The position numbers were made by a program, and so were the translations under genes. From an uncultured Alphaproteobacteria bacterium (lineage in GTDB: Bacteria; Pseudomonadota; Alphaproteobacteria; RF32; CAG-239), in assembly GCA_944392265.1 (NCBI GenBank), contig CALXWC010000003.1:4627-68626 (forward strand): a DNA stretch of 64,000 nucleotides, read 5' to 3'. This document shows positions 11,030 through 19,625 of this stretch, in pieces; position 1 is the stretch's first letter, and each line of letters starts with the position of its first letter. The notes under the pieces are model-generated. The model made no database searches and was not told the origin of the DNA. It saw only the letters and a program-made list of their open reading frames with translations.

Positions 11030-11778
11030 TGTTTTCTTCCTTTTTTGGTTTCTTTGTTGTCATAATCGGGCAAAATAGGGTCTAAGCCCATTTCTTTGTC
11101 AGCTAAAAAGCTTTCATTATTTAAAAGATTTTCAATATCTTGGCGATATTGTTCAAACTCTTTTTCTGAAAGGTCTTGCGGTACATATACCGGTTTTGTA
11201 AAACGGCAAACACCTTCATTGAAAGGATAGGGAATCATCATCTTGTCCCATGATTTTTTTGCAAATTTGCATTTTTTAACGCTGTATGTAATACCGATAA
11301 TCGGTGCACCGGTTTTTTGTGCATAATAAATCGGACTTTCCGTCATAATCATACGAGGACCTCTCGGACCATCGGGAATAATGCAGATGGAAACGTTTTT
11401 CTTGAGGCTGTTCATTAATGCACAAGCAGCTTTGGCGGCGTTTTTGTTGCTTGAACCTCCGATTGTTCCTAAACCATATTTTTGTAAAATGCCGGCAATT
11501 AATCTACCGTCTTTGTGTAAAGAGACCAGCGCGTTAAGAGGAAATCTATAATCTCTGAACGCTGAATACATCAGAGCTCTTCCGTGCCATCCGACAAGAA
11601 TGAAACTTTGATTGCTTTCCCATAAATTGATAATGTTTTCTCTGCCAATAATGTTCCATCTGGTTGTTTTATATACAAATTTTGTATACATAAAGGCAAG
11701 AAAGCTTATTATATTACAAGCTGTCTCGGTTTGATATAGCTTTTTCCATAATTTTTTTAATGTGCTTTTAATGTTCAT
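11023..11778 (-). CDS. DUF374-family lysophospholipid acyltransferase-like protein
   Basis: 251 aa with motifs GWHGR and IIPDGPRGP. Sits upstream of and overlapping waaA. Confidence 0.75.
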   Translation of the reverse strand: MNIKSTLKKLWKKLYQTETACNIISFLAFMYTKFVYKTTRWNIIGRENIINLWESNQSFILVGWHGRALMYSAFRDYRFPLNALVSLHKDGRLIAGILQKYGLGTIGGSSNKNAAKAACALMNSLKKNVSICIIPDGPRGPRMIMTESPIYYAQKTGAPIIGITYSVKKCKFAKKSWDKMMIPYPFNEGVCRFTKPVYVPQDLSEKEFEQYRQDIENLLNNESFLADKEMGLDPILPDYDNKETKKGRKQC

Positions 11779-12023
11779 TTGCTTAAAGTATCTGTAATGG
11801 ATATTCCGATTTTATCATTGTCGGTTATAACGACTTCGCCGTGCCCGATTAATACATCATTGGCATAAATATCTACACAATCATCTATGTTTCTGTCAAG
11901 CTCAACAACGGCACCGCGACCAAGTTTTAGTAATTGATTTACCCTTAAGTTGGCAGATCCGAGTGTTACGGATAATGTTACTGATATTTCATCGCCGATT
12001 TCGTTATTTTTTATTTCATTCAT
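11775..12023 (-). CDS. FliN/SpoA-domain mini-protein (type III C-ring family C-terminal domain only)
   Basis: 82 aa. The stretch LRVNQLLKLGRGAVVELDRNIDDCVDIYANDVLIGHGEVVITDNDKIGISITD matches the FliN C-terminal pattern. ATGA overlap with the downstream DUF374 gene. Confidence 0.7.
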   Translation of the reverse strand: MNEIKNNEIGDEISVTLSVTLGSANLRVNQLLKLGRGAVVELDRNIDDCVDIYANDVLIGHGEVVITDNDKIGISITDTLSK

Positions 12024-12219
12024 AAAAAAGTCTCCGTCTAAAATATCTTTATATATTAAACATTATTTTTTTTTAGTAAATCTAAATTACCCGCTTATTC
12101 AATGATTTTTTTCTTTATCCTTGTGGATTAAAAGGGCTTAAACCTTGCTCAAATTTTATTATTGTGGCACTAATCTGTTTAAGAAGTGTTATTAGAATAT
12201 TATCAGGAGAAAGTTCAAT

Positions 12220-14544
12220 ATGGTCAAAAATAAAATTAAAAGTCCTGTTTTGCCATTGAGAGATATTGTTGTTTACCCTAAAATGATTGTGCCGTTGTTT
12301 GTCGGACGTGAAAAGTCTATCAAGGCTTTGCAGTCTGTGGCTGACGATGATGGAAATATTATTCTTTTAACACAAAAAGAACCCAGTATTGAAGATCCTC
12401 AACCCGATGATGTGTACCATATCGGAACTTTAGGTACTATTGTTCAAATGTTACGTTTGCCTGACGGAACAGTCAAAGTTTTGATTGAGGGTATGGAAAG
12501 AGTTAAAATCAGCAAGTTTGTTAAGAAAAAAGATTTTCTTTTTGCCGAAGCTGAGATTATTCCCGAAGAAAGTGAAAAAAATGACTTGAAGTTGGAGGCT
12601 TTGGCTCGCGCTGTATTATCTCAATTTGAAGAATACGTGAAGTTGTCTAAAAAAACGCCACCAGAGGTTTTGGTTTCTGTTAATCAATTAACAGATTATG
12701 CTAAAATGGCAGATACCATTGCTGCTCACTTGACCTTGAAAATAGAGGAAAAACAAGCTCTATTGGAAGGCAAAACACTTGCTGACAGATTTGAAAAAAT
12801 CTTGGAATTTATGAATTCTGAATTAACCGTTTTGGAAGTGGAAAGCAAAATTAAAGCTCGTGTTAAAAAGCAAATGGAAAAAAGCCAAAAAGAATATTAT
12901 TTGAACGAGCAAATGAAAGCCATTCAAAAAGAGCTTGGCGACAATGATGAAAACAATGAAATCAGTGAATATTTAAAGAAGATTGAAAAAGTTAAGCTTT
13001 CTAAAGAAGCTAAAGAAAAAGCTTTATCTGAAGTTAAAAAATTAAAATCCATGAGCTCAATGTCCAGTGAAGCAACCGTGGTTAGAAATTATTTGGATTG
13101 GTTGTTGGATATTCCTTGGAAAAAACGTTCTAAAGTCAATAAAGACCTTAATAAGGCAATTGAGATTTTAGATAAAGACCATTACGGTTTGGAAAAAGTT
13201 AAAGAAAGAATTATTGAATATTTAGCCGTTCTTTCCAGAGCAGATAAGGTTAAAGGACCAATCCTTTGTTTGGTTGGACCTCCGGGTGTTGGTAAAACTT
13301 CTTTGGGCAAATCTATTGCCAGAGCAACGGGAAGAAGCTTTATCAGAACGTCTTTGGGCGGTATGCGCGATGAGGCCGAAATCAGAGGTCACCGCAGAAC
13401 TTATATCGGTTCTATGCCAGGTAAAATTATTAAAGGTATGAAAAAAGCTGCAACCTCTAATCCTTTGTTTTTGCTTGATGAAATAGACAAGCTTGGAAGC
13501 GATTATAAAGGTGATCCGGCTTCTGCGTTGTTAGAGGTTTTGGATCCGGAGCAAAATTGCGCCTTTAATGACCATTATCTGGAAGTGGACTATGATTTGT
13601 CTGACGTGATGTTTGTGACAACGGCAAACTCTTTGGATATGCCACGTCCTTTGTTGGACAGAATGGAAATTATTCGTCTTTCCGGTTATACAGAAGATGA
13701 AAAGGTTGAAATTGCTAAAAGACATCTTATTCCTAAAATCTTTAATGAAAATATGATTAAGGAAAAAGAGTTGGAAATTTCAGAAGATGCCGTTCGTTAC
13801 ATTATCCGTTATTATACCAGAGAAGCCGGTGTGCGTAATTTGGAACGTGAGTTAGCTTCTTTGGCAAGAAAAGCCGTAAAAGAGATTTTGCTGGCTCAAG
13901 GCAAAACAAAATCTATTAAGATAACCGAAAAGAATGTAGAAAAATATTTAGGCGTTATTAAATATAGATTTGGTGAAGCTGAAAATCAGGATCATATCGG
14001 TGTTACAACCGGTTTGGCTTGGACAGAGGTCGGTGGTGATATCTTATTTATTGAAGCCGTGGATATGCCTGGAAAAGGTAAGGTGATGGAAACAGGTAAG
14101 CTCGGTGAGGTTATGAAAGAATCTATCGATACGGCTTATTCTGTTGTGCGTTCTCATTCTAAAGATTTGGGAATCGATCCTGAAATCTTTGAAAAAACAG
14201 ATTTGCATATTCACGTTCCTGAAGGAGCAACTCCAAAAGATGGACCTTCTGCCGGTATTGCCATGTATACAACAATGGTTTCTGTCTTTACCAAAACACC
14301 GGTTAAAAAAGATGTGGCCATGACAGGCGAAATTACTTTGCAGGGTAGGGTTCTTCCTATCGGTGGTTTGAAAGAAAAACTTCTTGCTGCTTTGCGAGGA
14401 GGAATCAAAACCGTCATTATCCCTAAAGATAATGAAAAAGATTTGGCTGAAATTCCGGATAATGTAAAATCTGAAATGAAAATTATTCCGGTTTCCGATG
14501 TCGAAGAAGTTTTGAAAATTGCTTTGGCAAAAAAGAAAAAATAG
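12220..14544 (+). CDS. lon: ATP-dependent Lon protease
   Basis: 774 aa with Walker A GPPGVGKTS and the catalytic Ser block PKDGPSAGIAM. Good SD (CAGGAGAA). Confidence 0.97.
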   Translation: MVKNKIKSPVLPLRDIVVYPKMIVPLFVGREKSIKALQSVADDDGNIILLTQKEPSIEDPQPDDVYHIGTLGTIVQMLRLPDGTVKVLIEGMERVKISKFVKKKDFLFAEAEIIPEESEKNDLKLEALARAVLSQFEEYVKLSKKTPPEVLVSVNQLTDYAKMADTIAAHLTLKIEEKQALLEGKTLADRFEKILEFMNSELTVLEVESKIKARVKKQMEKSQKEYYLNEQMKAIQKELGDNDENNEISEYLKKIEKVKLSKEAKEKALSEVKKLKSMSSMSSEATVVRNYLDWLLDIPWKKRSKVNKDLNKAIEILDKDHYGLEKVKERIIEYLAVLSRADKVKGPILCLVGPPGVGKTSLGKSIARATGRSFIRTSLGGMRDEAEIRGHRRTYIGSMPGKIIKGMKKAATSNPLFLLDEIDKLGSDYKGDPASALLEVLDPEQNCAFNDHYLEVDYDLSDVMFVTTANSLDMPRPLLDRMEIIRLSGYTEDEKVEIAKRHLIPKIFNENMIKEKELEISEDAVRYIIRYYTREAGVRNLERELASLARKAVKEILLAQGKTKSIKITEKNVEKYLGVIKYRFGEAENQDHIGVTTGLAWTEVGGDILFIEAVDMPGKGKVMETGKLGEVMKESIDTAYSVVRSHSKDLGIDPEIFEKTDLHIHVPEGATPKDGPSAGIAMYTTMVSVFTKTPVKKDVAMTGEITLQGRVLPIGGLKEKLLAALRGGIKTVIIPKDNEKDLAEIPDNVKSEMKIIPVSDVEEVLKIALAKKKK

Positions 14545-14566
14545 TGCAAATCTTATAAGAATAAAA

Positions 14567-14593
14567 AGAGCATCTAAAAGGTGCTCTTTTTTT
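14567..14593 (+). terminator. terminator after lon
   Basis: Hairpin agagca tctaaaag gtgctct followed by a T-run. Confidence 0.75.
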
Positions 14594-14897
14594 GTATGTG
14601 GAATCTTCATTAAGAGAAACTTATCTTAATCTTATAAATTTACTTAAATTTTTTTGATTTAACAGAATCGCATTTTATAAAGAATCTCATAACATTTTGT
14701 GGATAAATCAGCCTGTAAACCGCAGAAATCTGGGGATAAGTCATATTTTTTGGCTTTTTTCAAAAAAAATCTGATTTTTTCTTGTTCAAAGTGTTTATTT
14801 TGTTTGACTTCGCAAGAAAATGACGCTTAAATTTCCTTGTGAAGCCGATTAGGCTTTAACACTGGTTTATAACTTATATTTAGAGGGAGTCCTCACC

Positions 14898-15170
14898 GTG
14901 AATAAAAATGAACTTATTTCCAGCATCGCTGAAGAAACTGGTTTGACAAAAACTGATTGCTCTAAAGCTGTTGATGCTTTTATCGCTTCTGTTACTAATG
15001 CTTTGAAATCTGGTGACGAAGTTCGCTTGGTTGGTTTTGGTACATTTGCTGTTACCAAACGTTCTGCTACGACTGGTCGTAACCCACGTACTGGCGCAGA
15101 AATCAAAATTCCTGCTCGCAAACAAGCAAAATTCAAAGCAGGTAAAGCTTTGCAAGACTCTGTTAACTAA
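14898..15170 (+). CDS. hupB: DNA-binding protein HU
   Basis: 90 aa (MNKNELISSIAEETGLTK ... RNPRTGAEIKIPA). GTG start with GAGGGAG SD. Confidence 0.93.
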   Translation: MNKNELISSIAEETGLTKTDCSKAVDAFIASVTNALKSGDEVRLVGFGTFAVTKRSATTGRNPRTGAEIKIPARKQAKFKAGKALQDSVN

Positions 15171-15177
15171 TATAAGT

Positions 15178-15204
15178 AAAATGACCGCTTTGGCGGTCAT
15201 TTTC
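15178..15204 (+). terminator. terminator after hupB
   Basis: Hairpin aaaatgaccgc tttg gcggtcatttt. Confidence 0.75.
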
Positions 15205-15332
15205 GTAGAAAACAGATTTAAAGAGTTCTTCGGATCTCCTTTTTTTTGTATGTGAAATGAAAATTTTTTTATATCTATCTTTTTGAAAAAAAATCATTTT
15301 ATAAAAAAAATAAAAAAAATTAAAAAAAATGC

Positions 15333-15361
15333 TTGATTTATTTTTTTCATTCATATATATA
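15333..15361 (+). promoter_or_regulatory. candidate sigma70 promoter for tRNA-Val
   Basis: TTGATT, 17 nt spacer, TATATA. The -10 ends 18 nt before the tRNA 5' end, and an extremely A/T-rich (UP-like) tract lies upstream. Confidence 0.45.
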
Positions 15362-15379
15362 TGTCTTTGTCAACGGGAC

Positions 15380-15455
15380 GGGCGCTTAGCTCAGCTGGAA
15401 GAGCATCTCGTTTACACCGAGAGGGTCGGGAGTTCGAACCTCTCAGCGCCCACCA
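15380..15455 (+). tRNA. tRNA-Val (anticodon UAC)
   Basis: Hand-folded cloverleaf. Acceptor GGGCGCT/AGCGCCC, anticodon loop TTTACAC, T-arm GGGAG-TTCGAAC-CTCTC, encoded CCA. Confidence 0.9.
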
Positions 15456-15461
15456 ATTCAG

Positions 15462-15494
15462 AGCCTTAGGTTTTAATCCTAAGGCTTTTTTTTA
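15462..15494 (+). terminator. terminator after tRNA-Val
   Basis: Hairpin agccttagg ttttaat cctaaggct followed by TTTTTTTT. Confidence 0.85.
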
Positions 15495-15763
15495 TATCCA
15501 TAAAGGTTCGAACTCCCTCGGGAGTTCTTCTGGCTCGTAAGCTCAAGCTTTTAGCTTTCGCTAACTCGCTGCGGTCACTTGTTTTGTAAATTTCGCAAAG
15601 CAAAGTTCATACTTTGCATGCTCAATTTAAAAAGCTTAGTCGTATAATTTTATTTAAATTAAGATGTTTTTTATAAATATTTATTGTCATATTTAACAAA
15701 ATTTTACTTTTTTTTGTTATTTTTCTATATAAATTAATTTTTTGATATAGAGAGTGTGAAAAT

Positions 15764-16966
15764 ATGGATTTTTTTAGTAGTAATCGTTTCCAAGATAAAC
15801 CAGAAAATGGAAAAGATAACGTTTCTCAATCTTCAGCAGGGCAAACTCAGCGTGATGAAAATAGTCTTGTGATGATTAGACAACGTAAGATTTTGGGTGC
15901 CCCAGGTGGTGTTAATGTTCCTCCTACGACGCCCAGAGTCTCTCATGAAATGTTACAACAGAAAGCTTTAATTCAACCTTGTAAAATATCAGACCCAAAC
16001 GTTGAAGTCGTAGGTACGATGAATGAGGTTAAATTTTCAGATGTCTATGTCACTCCTGATAAAAGATGTTTTATATGGGGAGAGAAGAGTAACTGTGGTT
16101 TGAAATGCGTTTCTTTTGCTGATTTTGATGAGTTTTTTGCAGAATTAGAAAAAGCATATGATGGCGTAAGAAGCTATTTGTTGAAATATAAAGGCAGAAA
16201 CTATCGTGTCGAAAGAACAATAGCTCTTGAAGGTCCTCAATATTGCGCTCGTAAAATGCCGATAGAACTTCCTGATTTGAAAAAATTAAATTTTCCAAGC
16301 GGTTTGTTAAGTCATTTGTTCTCTCTAGCTAATGCCACCGGTTTGATTTTGTTGGCTGGTGCAACAGGGTCAGGAAAAAGTACGACTATTGCAGCTTTGC
16401 TTAAAGAGTTTTTGGAAAGAAACGGCGGATATGCTTATACAATTGAAGATCCGATTGAAATGCCTCTTGATGGAATTTATCAAACAAAAACCGGAGAACT
16501 TGGTCTATGTAAACAAACAACACCGCCTGATGGTTCTTGGGAAGAGGGTATTAAGTCTGCTTTGCGTTCAAAACCCAGATATATTTATTTAGGTGAGATT
16601 CGATCTCCTGATGTGGCTAGTGAAGCTTTGCGTGCTGCAACTTCAGGTCACTTGGTGTTGTCTACGATTCACGCTAATAACGTTAGTGATGCTATTAACT
16701 CTTTGGTTAAATATGCAGCATCAAGCGGTATTTCTGAAGAAATGGCTTATGAATTAGTGGCCAATGGTTTCTTAGGATGTATTCACCAAGTGTTAACAGG
16801 AGCTCCCAAAAGAGCTATTTTAACTTATTTATTTGCTAATCCAGATATTAATGCGGGTTGTCCAGTTCGAGGAATGTTTAGAAGTGGAAAATTAAACGTT
16901 TCTACATTAATGGATCAACAAAAGGTTAAGTTAGAGCGTAACTTGCCGATATTTAGCAGAATTTAA
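15764..16966 (+). CDS. PilT/VirB11-class (GspE-family) secretion NTPase with an extended, unrecognised N-terminal region
   Basis: 400 aa. Walker A GATGSGKST, Asp box IEDPIE, Walker B-like YIYLGEIRS, His box GHLVLSTIHANN. The first ~190 aa have no motif I recognise, and residues 1-60 are low complexity. Confidence 0.8.
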   Translation: MDFFSSNRFQDKPENGKDNVSQSSAGQTQRDENSLVMIRQRKILGAPGGVNVPPTTPRVSHEMLQQKALIQPCKISDPNVEVVGTMNEVKFSDVYVTPDKRCFIWGEKSNCGLKCVSFADFDEFFAELEKAYDGVRSYLLKYKGRNYRVERTIALEGPQYCARKMPIELPDLKKLNFPSGLLSHLFSLANATGLILLAGATGSGKSTTIAALLKEFLERNGGYAYTIEDPIEMPLDGIYQTKTGELGLCKQTTPPDGSWEEGIKSALRSKPRYIYLGEIRSPDVASEALRAATSGHLVLSTIHANNVSDAINSLVKYAASSGISEEMAYELVANGFLGCIHQVLTGAPKRAILTYLFANPDINAGCPVRGMFRSGKLNVSTLMDQQKVKLERNLPIFSRI

Positions 16967-17041
16967 GCTTAAAGTTCTTTGCTTGACAACGCAAGCCTCC
17001 TGCAATAGCTTATAGGCAAGTTAACTATAAGGAAAATTTTA

Positions 17042-19309
17042 ATGGAAAAAGAACTTTTAGCACCTGCCGGTGATATAGAAGCCGGTTATGCTGCGCTTTA
17101 TTACGGAGCCGATGCCGTTTATTTAGGGTTAAAAAATTTTTCAGCTCGCGCTACGGCAGCTAATTTTGATGAACAGCAACTCAATGAGTTTGTGGCTTTT
17201 GCGCATTACCTCAATCGTAAGGTTTATGTGGCAATTAATACTTTGGTGCAAGAGCACGAAATGCCACAGCTCATTCAAACTTTGGATTTGTGTTCAAAAT
17301 ATCATGTCGATGCCATTATTATTCAAGATTTGGGAGTGGCTCGTATTATCCATGAACAGTATCCTGAACTTGAAATGCATGCCAGTACGCAAATGGCTGT
17401 GCATAATAAGGAAGGTGCTTTAGCTTTGCAAAAAATTGGTTTTACGCGTGTGGTTTTGGCGCGTGAACTACATTTGTCCGAAATTAAAGAAATTGCCTCT
17501 ATTCCTAACTTAGAAACAGAAGCGTTTATTCATGGGGCTCTATGCTATTCTTACAGTGGGCTTTGCCTGTTTTCTTCTTTTGAAACCGGAAAAAGTGCCA
17601 ACAGAGGAAAATGCTTATATCCTTGTCGCGCTTCTTTTGAAGGAGAAGCCGGTAAAAAACACTATTTTTCAATGAAAGATATGGCCCTCCAAGAAAAAAT
17701 ATTAGATATGCCTGTAACTTCTCTTAAAATTGAAGGCCGCAAAAAGACCGCGCTTTATGTGGCTGCCGTTACCGATTATTATCGTCGGATTTTGGATGGA
17801 AAGGGCGCTGATAGCATTAGAGAAGAGCATATTAAGCAGATTTTCTCTCGTCCGTGGACAGATTTTCATTTCAAAGGCAAAAATAAGAATGTTATTGACC
17901 GAGATTTTGTCGGACACCGCGGTCTTCTTATCGGTAAAATTGAAAAAATTGCTAAAAATAAGCTCTTTTTCAAAACGAATCATAAAATTGCCCGTTATGA
18001 CGGAATCCAGATTGATGTGAGCGGAGATGAAAAGCCCTTTGGTTTTTCTTTGCAGTTTTTGAAAGTTAATGGCAAAAATGTTTATGAAGCCGAGAAAAAT
18101 ACAATCGTAGAGATTTCTTTGCCACCAAAAACGCCAGAACTTTCTTTGGGTGAAAATATTTATTTGGCATCATCAAGCGAAGTGAAGGGGGCTTATCCTT
18201 ATACCAAACCCAAACCGAAAGAATTTATGCGTCGTGATGAGGTCAATGTTGAGGTTAAAGTCAGCCCGACAGAAATTACCGCAACGGCAAACGGAATAAT
18301 TGCCAAGGTCAGCGGCGAGTTTACACCGGCGCAGAATCCAGACAAAGTAAAATCAGCGATTGAAACGGCTTTTGGTAAAACCGGGGATACGAATTTTACG
18401 CTTGGTGCAATTAATATTGATAACCCAAACAATCTGTTTGCGCCGGCATCACTCTTAAATGAATTGCGTCGTGATTTATATGCGCAAATCAAAATTGAAG
18501 ATAAGCATGGCTTAATACCTGAAATTTCTGTACTGAGAGCAGAACAATCTCCACAATGGGTTATTAAGACAGATAATCTTTCCAATCTTTCATTAATCAA
18601 TTTAGATGAAGTTGCTGAAGTTATTTGGCTGATTTCTCCAAGCTCAAAAGCAGAAGAATTGAAAACTTTGCCAAAAAACAAAGTTCGTATTGCTTTGCCA
18701 GCCGTTTGCCGCAAGCCGCAACTTTATGCTAAACTGATTAACGAACTTTTAGCTCAAGGTTATAAAAAATGGGAAATCGGGCATTATTGGGGCTTGTCTG
18801 TTTTGCCCGAGAACGGCATAGACATTTCTTTTGACGCGTCAATTTATACTCTCAACACACAAGCCATAGAACAAGCTAAAGAAATGAATGCAACGCGCAT
18901 TACCTTGGCTTTGGAAGATGATTTATCTAATATGCAAGCTCTTGCAAATAAATCTCAATTGCCGCTTTCTATGGTTGTGTATCAAGACAGTCCTCTGTTT
19001 ACCAGTGCCGACTGCATTCGTTCCAATGATTGCAAAAATTGTCCGCAAGGCGAAAAATGGCTGAACCTAAAACGTGATGGTAAATCTTATCAGGCACTTT
19101 CTAAAGATTGTCAGATTATGTTGTTTTCCGAAAATCCGTATTGTGTAGCTCAAGAAGCTAAAAATATTAAGGCAGATTTTTATCGTGTAGATTTTTGCTA
19201 TAAAAAATATACATCAGATAATGTTTTGAAAATATTTGAAAAATTAACCAAATTTCAAGATATTCAGCCTTGTAATAAAGCTAATGTGGCAAGAAACGGA
19301 TTAATGTAA
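17042..19309 (+). CDS. peptidase U32 family protein (long form with C-terminal extension)
   Basis: 755 aa with the U32 signature EAFIHGALCYSYSGLCLFSS. AAGGA SD. Confidence 0.85.
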   Translation: MEKELLAPAGDIEAGYAALYYGADAVYLGLKNFSARATAANFDEQQLNEFVAFAHYLNRKVYVAINTLVQEHEMPQLIQTLDLCSKYHVDAIIIQDLGVARIIHEQYPELEMHASTQMAVHNKEGALALQKIGFTRVVLARELHLSEIKEIASIPNLETEAFIHGALCYSYSGLCLFSSFETGKSANRGKCLYPCRASFEGEAGKKHYFSMKDMALQEKILDMPVTSLKIEGRKKTALYVAAVTDYYRRILDGKGADSIREEHIKQIFSRPWTDFHFKGKNKNVIDRDFVGHRGLLIGKIEKIAKNKLFFKTNHKIARYDGIQIDVSGDEKPFGFSLQFLKVNGKNVYEAEKNTIVEISLPPKTPELSLGENIYLASSSEVKGAYPYTKPKPKEFMRRDEVNVEVKVSPTEITATANGIIAKVSGEFTPAQNPDKVKSAIETAFGKTGDTNFTLGAINIDNPNNLFAPASLLNELRRDLYAQIKIEDKHGLIPEISVLRAEQSPQWVIKTDNLSNLSLINLDEVAEVIWLISPSSKAEELKTLPKNKVRIALPAVCRKPQLYAKLINELLAQGYKKWEIGHYWGLSVLPENGIDISFDASIYTLNTQAIEQAKEMNATRITLALEDDLSNMQALANKSQLPLSMVVYQDSPLFTSADCIRSNDCKNCPQGEKWLNLKRDGKSYQALSKDCQIMLFSENPYCVAQEAKNIKADFYRVDFCYKKYTSDNVLKIFEKLTKFQDIQPCNKANVARNGLM

Positions 19310-19318
19310 AAAAATTTT

Positions 19319-19346
19319 TGAACCATATTGAAACTCTCGTCGTTAT
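19319..19346 (+). promoter_or_regulatory. candidate ECF-sigma-type (autoregulated) promoter
   Basis: tGAAC at 19319-19323, 17 nt spacer, then CGTT at 19341-19344. This fits the generic ECF AAC-N16/17-CGT pattern and sits about 25 nt upstream of the operon containing the ECF sigma gene. Confidence 0.45.
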
Positions 19347-19370
19347 AAATATATGTAAGGGAGGTAAACA

Positions 19371-19625
19371 ATGGAAGATATTTCAAAATTACTCAAAGAA
19401 GCAAAACCATTGTATTTTGCACGCAAGCGTCGCAACAACATTATAAAATCTGTTTGTGCCATGTTTGTCGGTGTAGTCATGCTTGGTTCTTTGTGGTCGC
19501 AACAACAAAGCGAGTTTGATATCTACGGATATTATTTTATGTTGGATGATGGCACTTTAACCTCATCTAACCTTGCGGAATATGGTTTGCCCACAGATGA
19601 TTACGGACTTTTGATGGTTGGCTAA
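19371..19625 (+). CDS. small single-pass membrane protein, candidate anti-sigma factor (CnrY-like by position only)
   Basis: 84 aa with a strong SD (AGGGAGG). Basic cytoplasmic N-terminus of about 27 aa, one TM helix (VCAMFVGVVMLGSLW), and an extracytoplasmic tail of about 40 aa. Its stop abuts the sigma gene start (TAAATG). Confidence 0.55.
   Translation: MEDISKLLKEAKPLYFARKRRNNIIKSVCAMFVGVVMLGSLWSQQQSEFDIYGYYFMLDDGTLTSSNLAEYGLPTDDYGLLMVG

Noticed and set aside
14044-14610. 188 aa and 112 aa minus-strand ORFs antisense to the 3' end of lon. Similar antisense or alternate-frame track ORFs occur at 3133-3537, 2747-3061, 18199-18714, 45333-45701 and 63351-63731.
   Set aside because: They lie entirely inside genes with unambiguous family motifs on the other strand or frame. 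Their composition is odd (F/I/N/R/C-rich), as expected from reading AT-rich coding DNA out of frame. They have no SD and no independent terminators.
14545-15379. Possible chromosomal origin (oriC), suggested by DnaA-box-like 9-mers and extreme A/T tracts around hupB.
   Set aside because: There are only two boxes (one perfect) within ~40 bp, no cluster of four or more boxes, and no recognisable DUE repeats. The flanking genes (lon, hupB, tRNA-Val) are not the usual alphaproteobacterial origin neighbours. The A/T tract at 15240-15340 is better explained as an UP-like element of the tRNA-Val promoter.
15693-15707. CtrA-box-like TTAA-N7-TTAC upstream of the orphan ATPase gene.
   Set aside because: It is a one-mismatch half-site pattern in a >75% AT stretch, so chance occurrence is high. 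There is no second supporting site.
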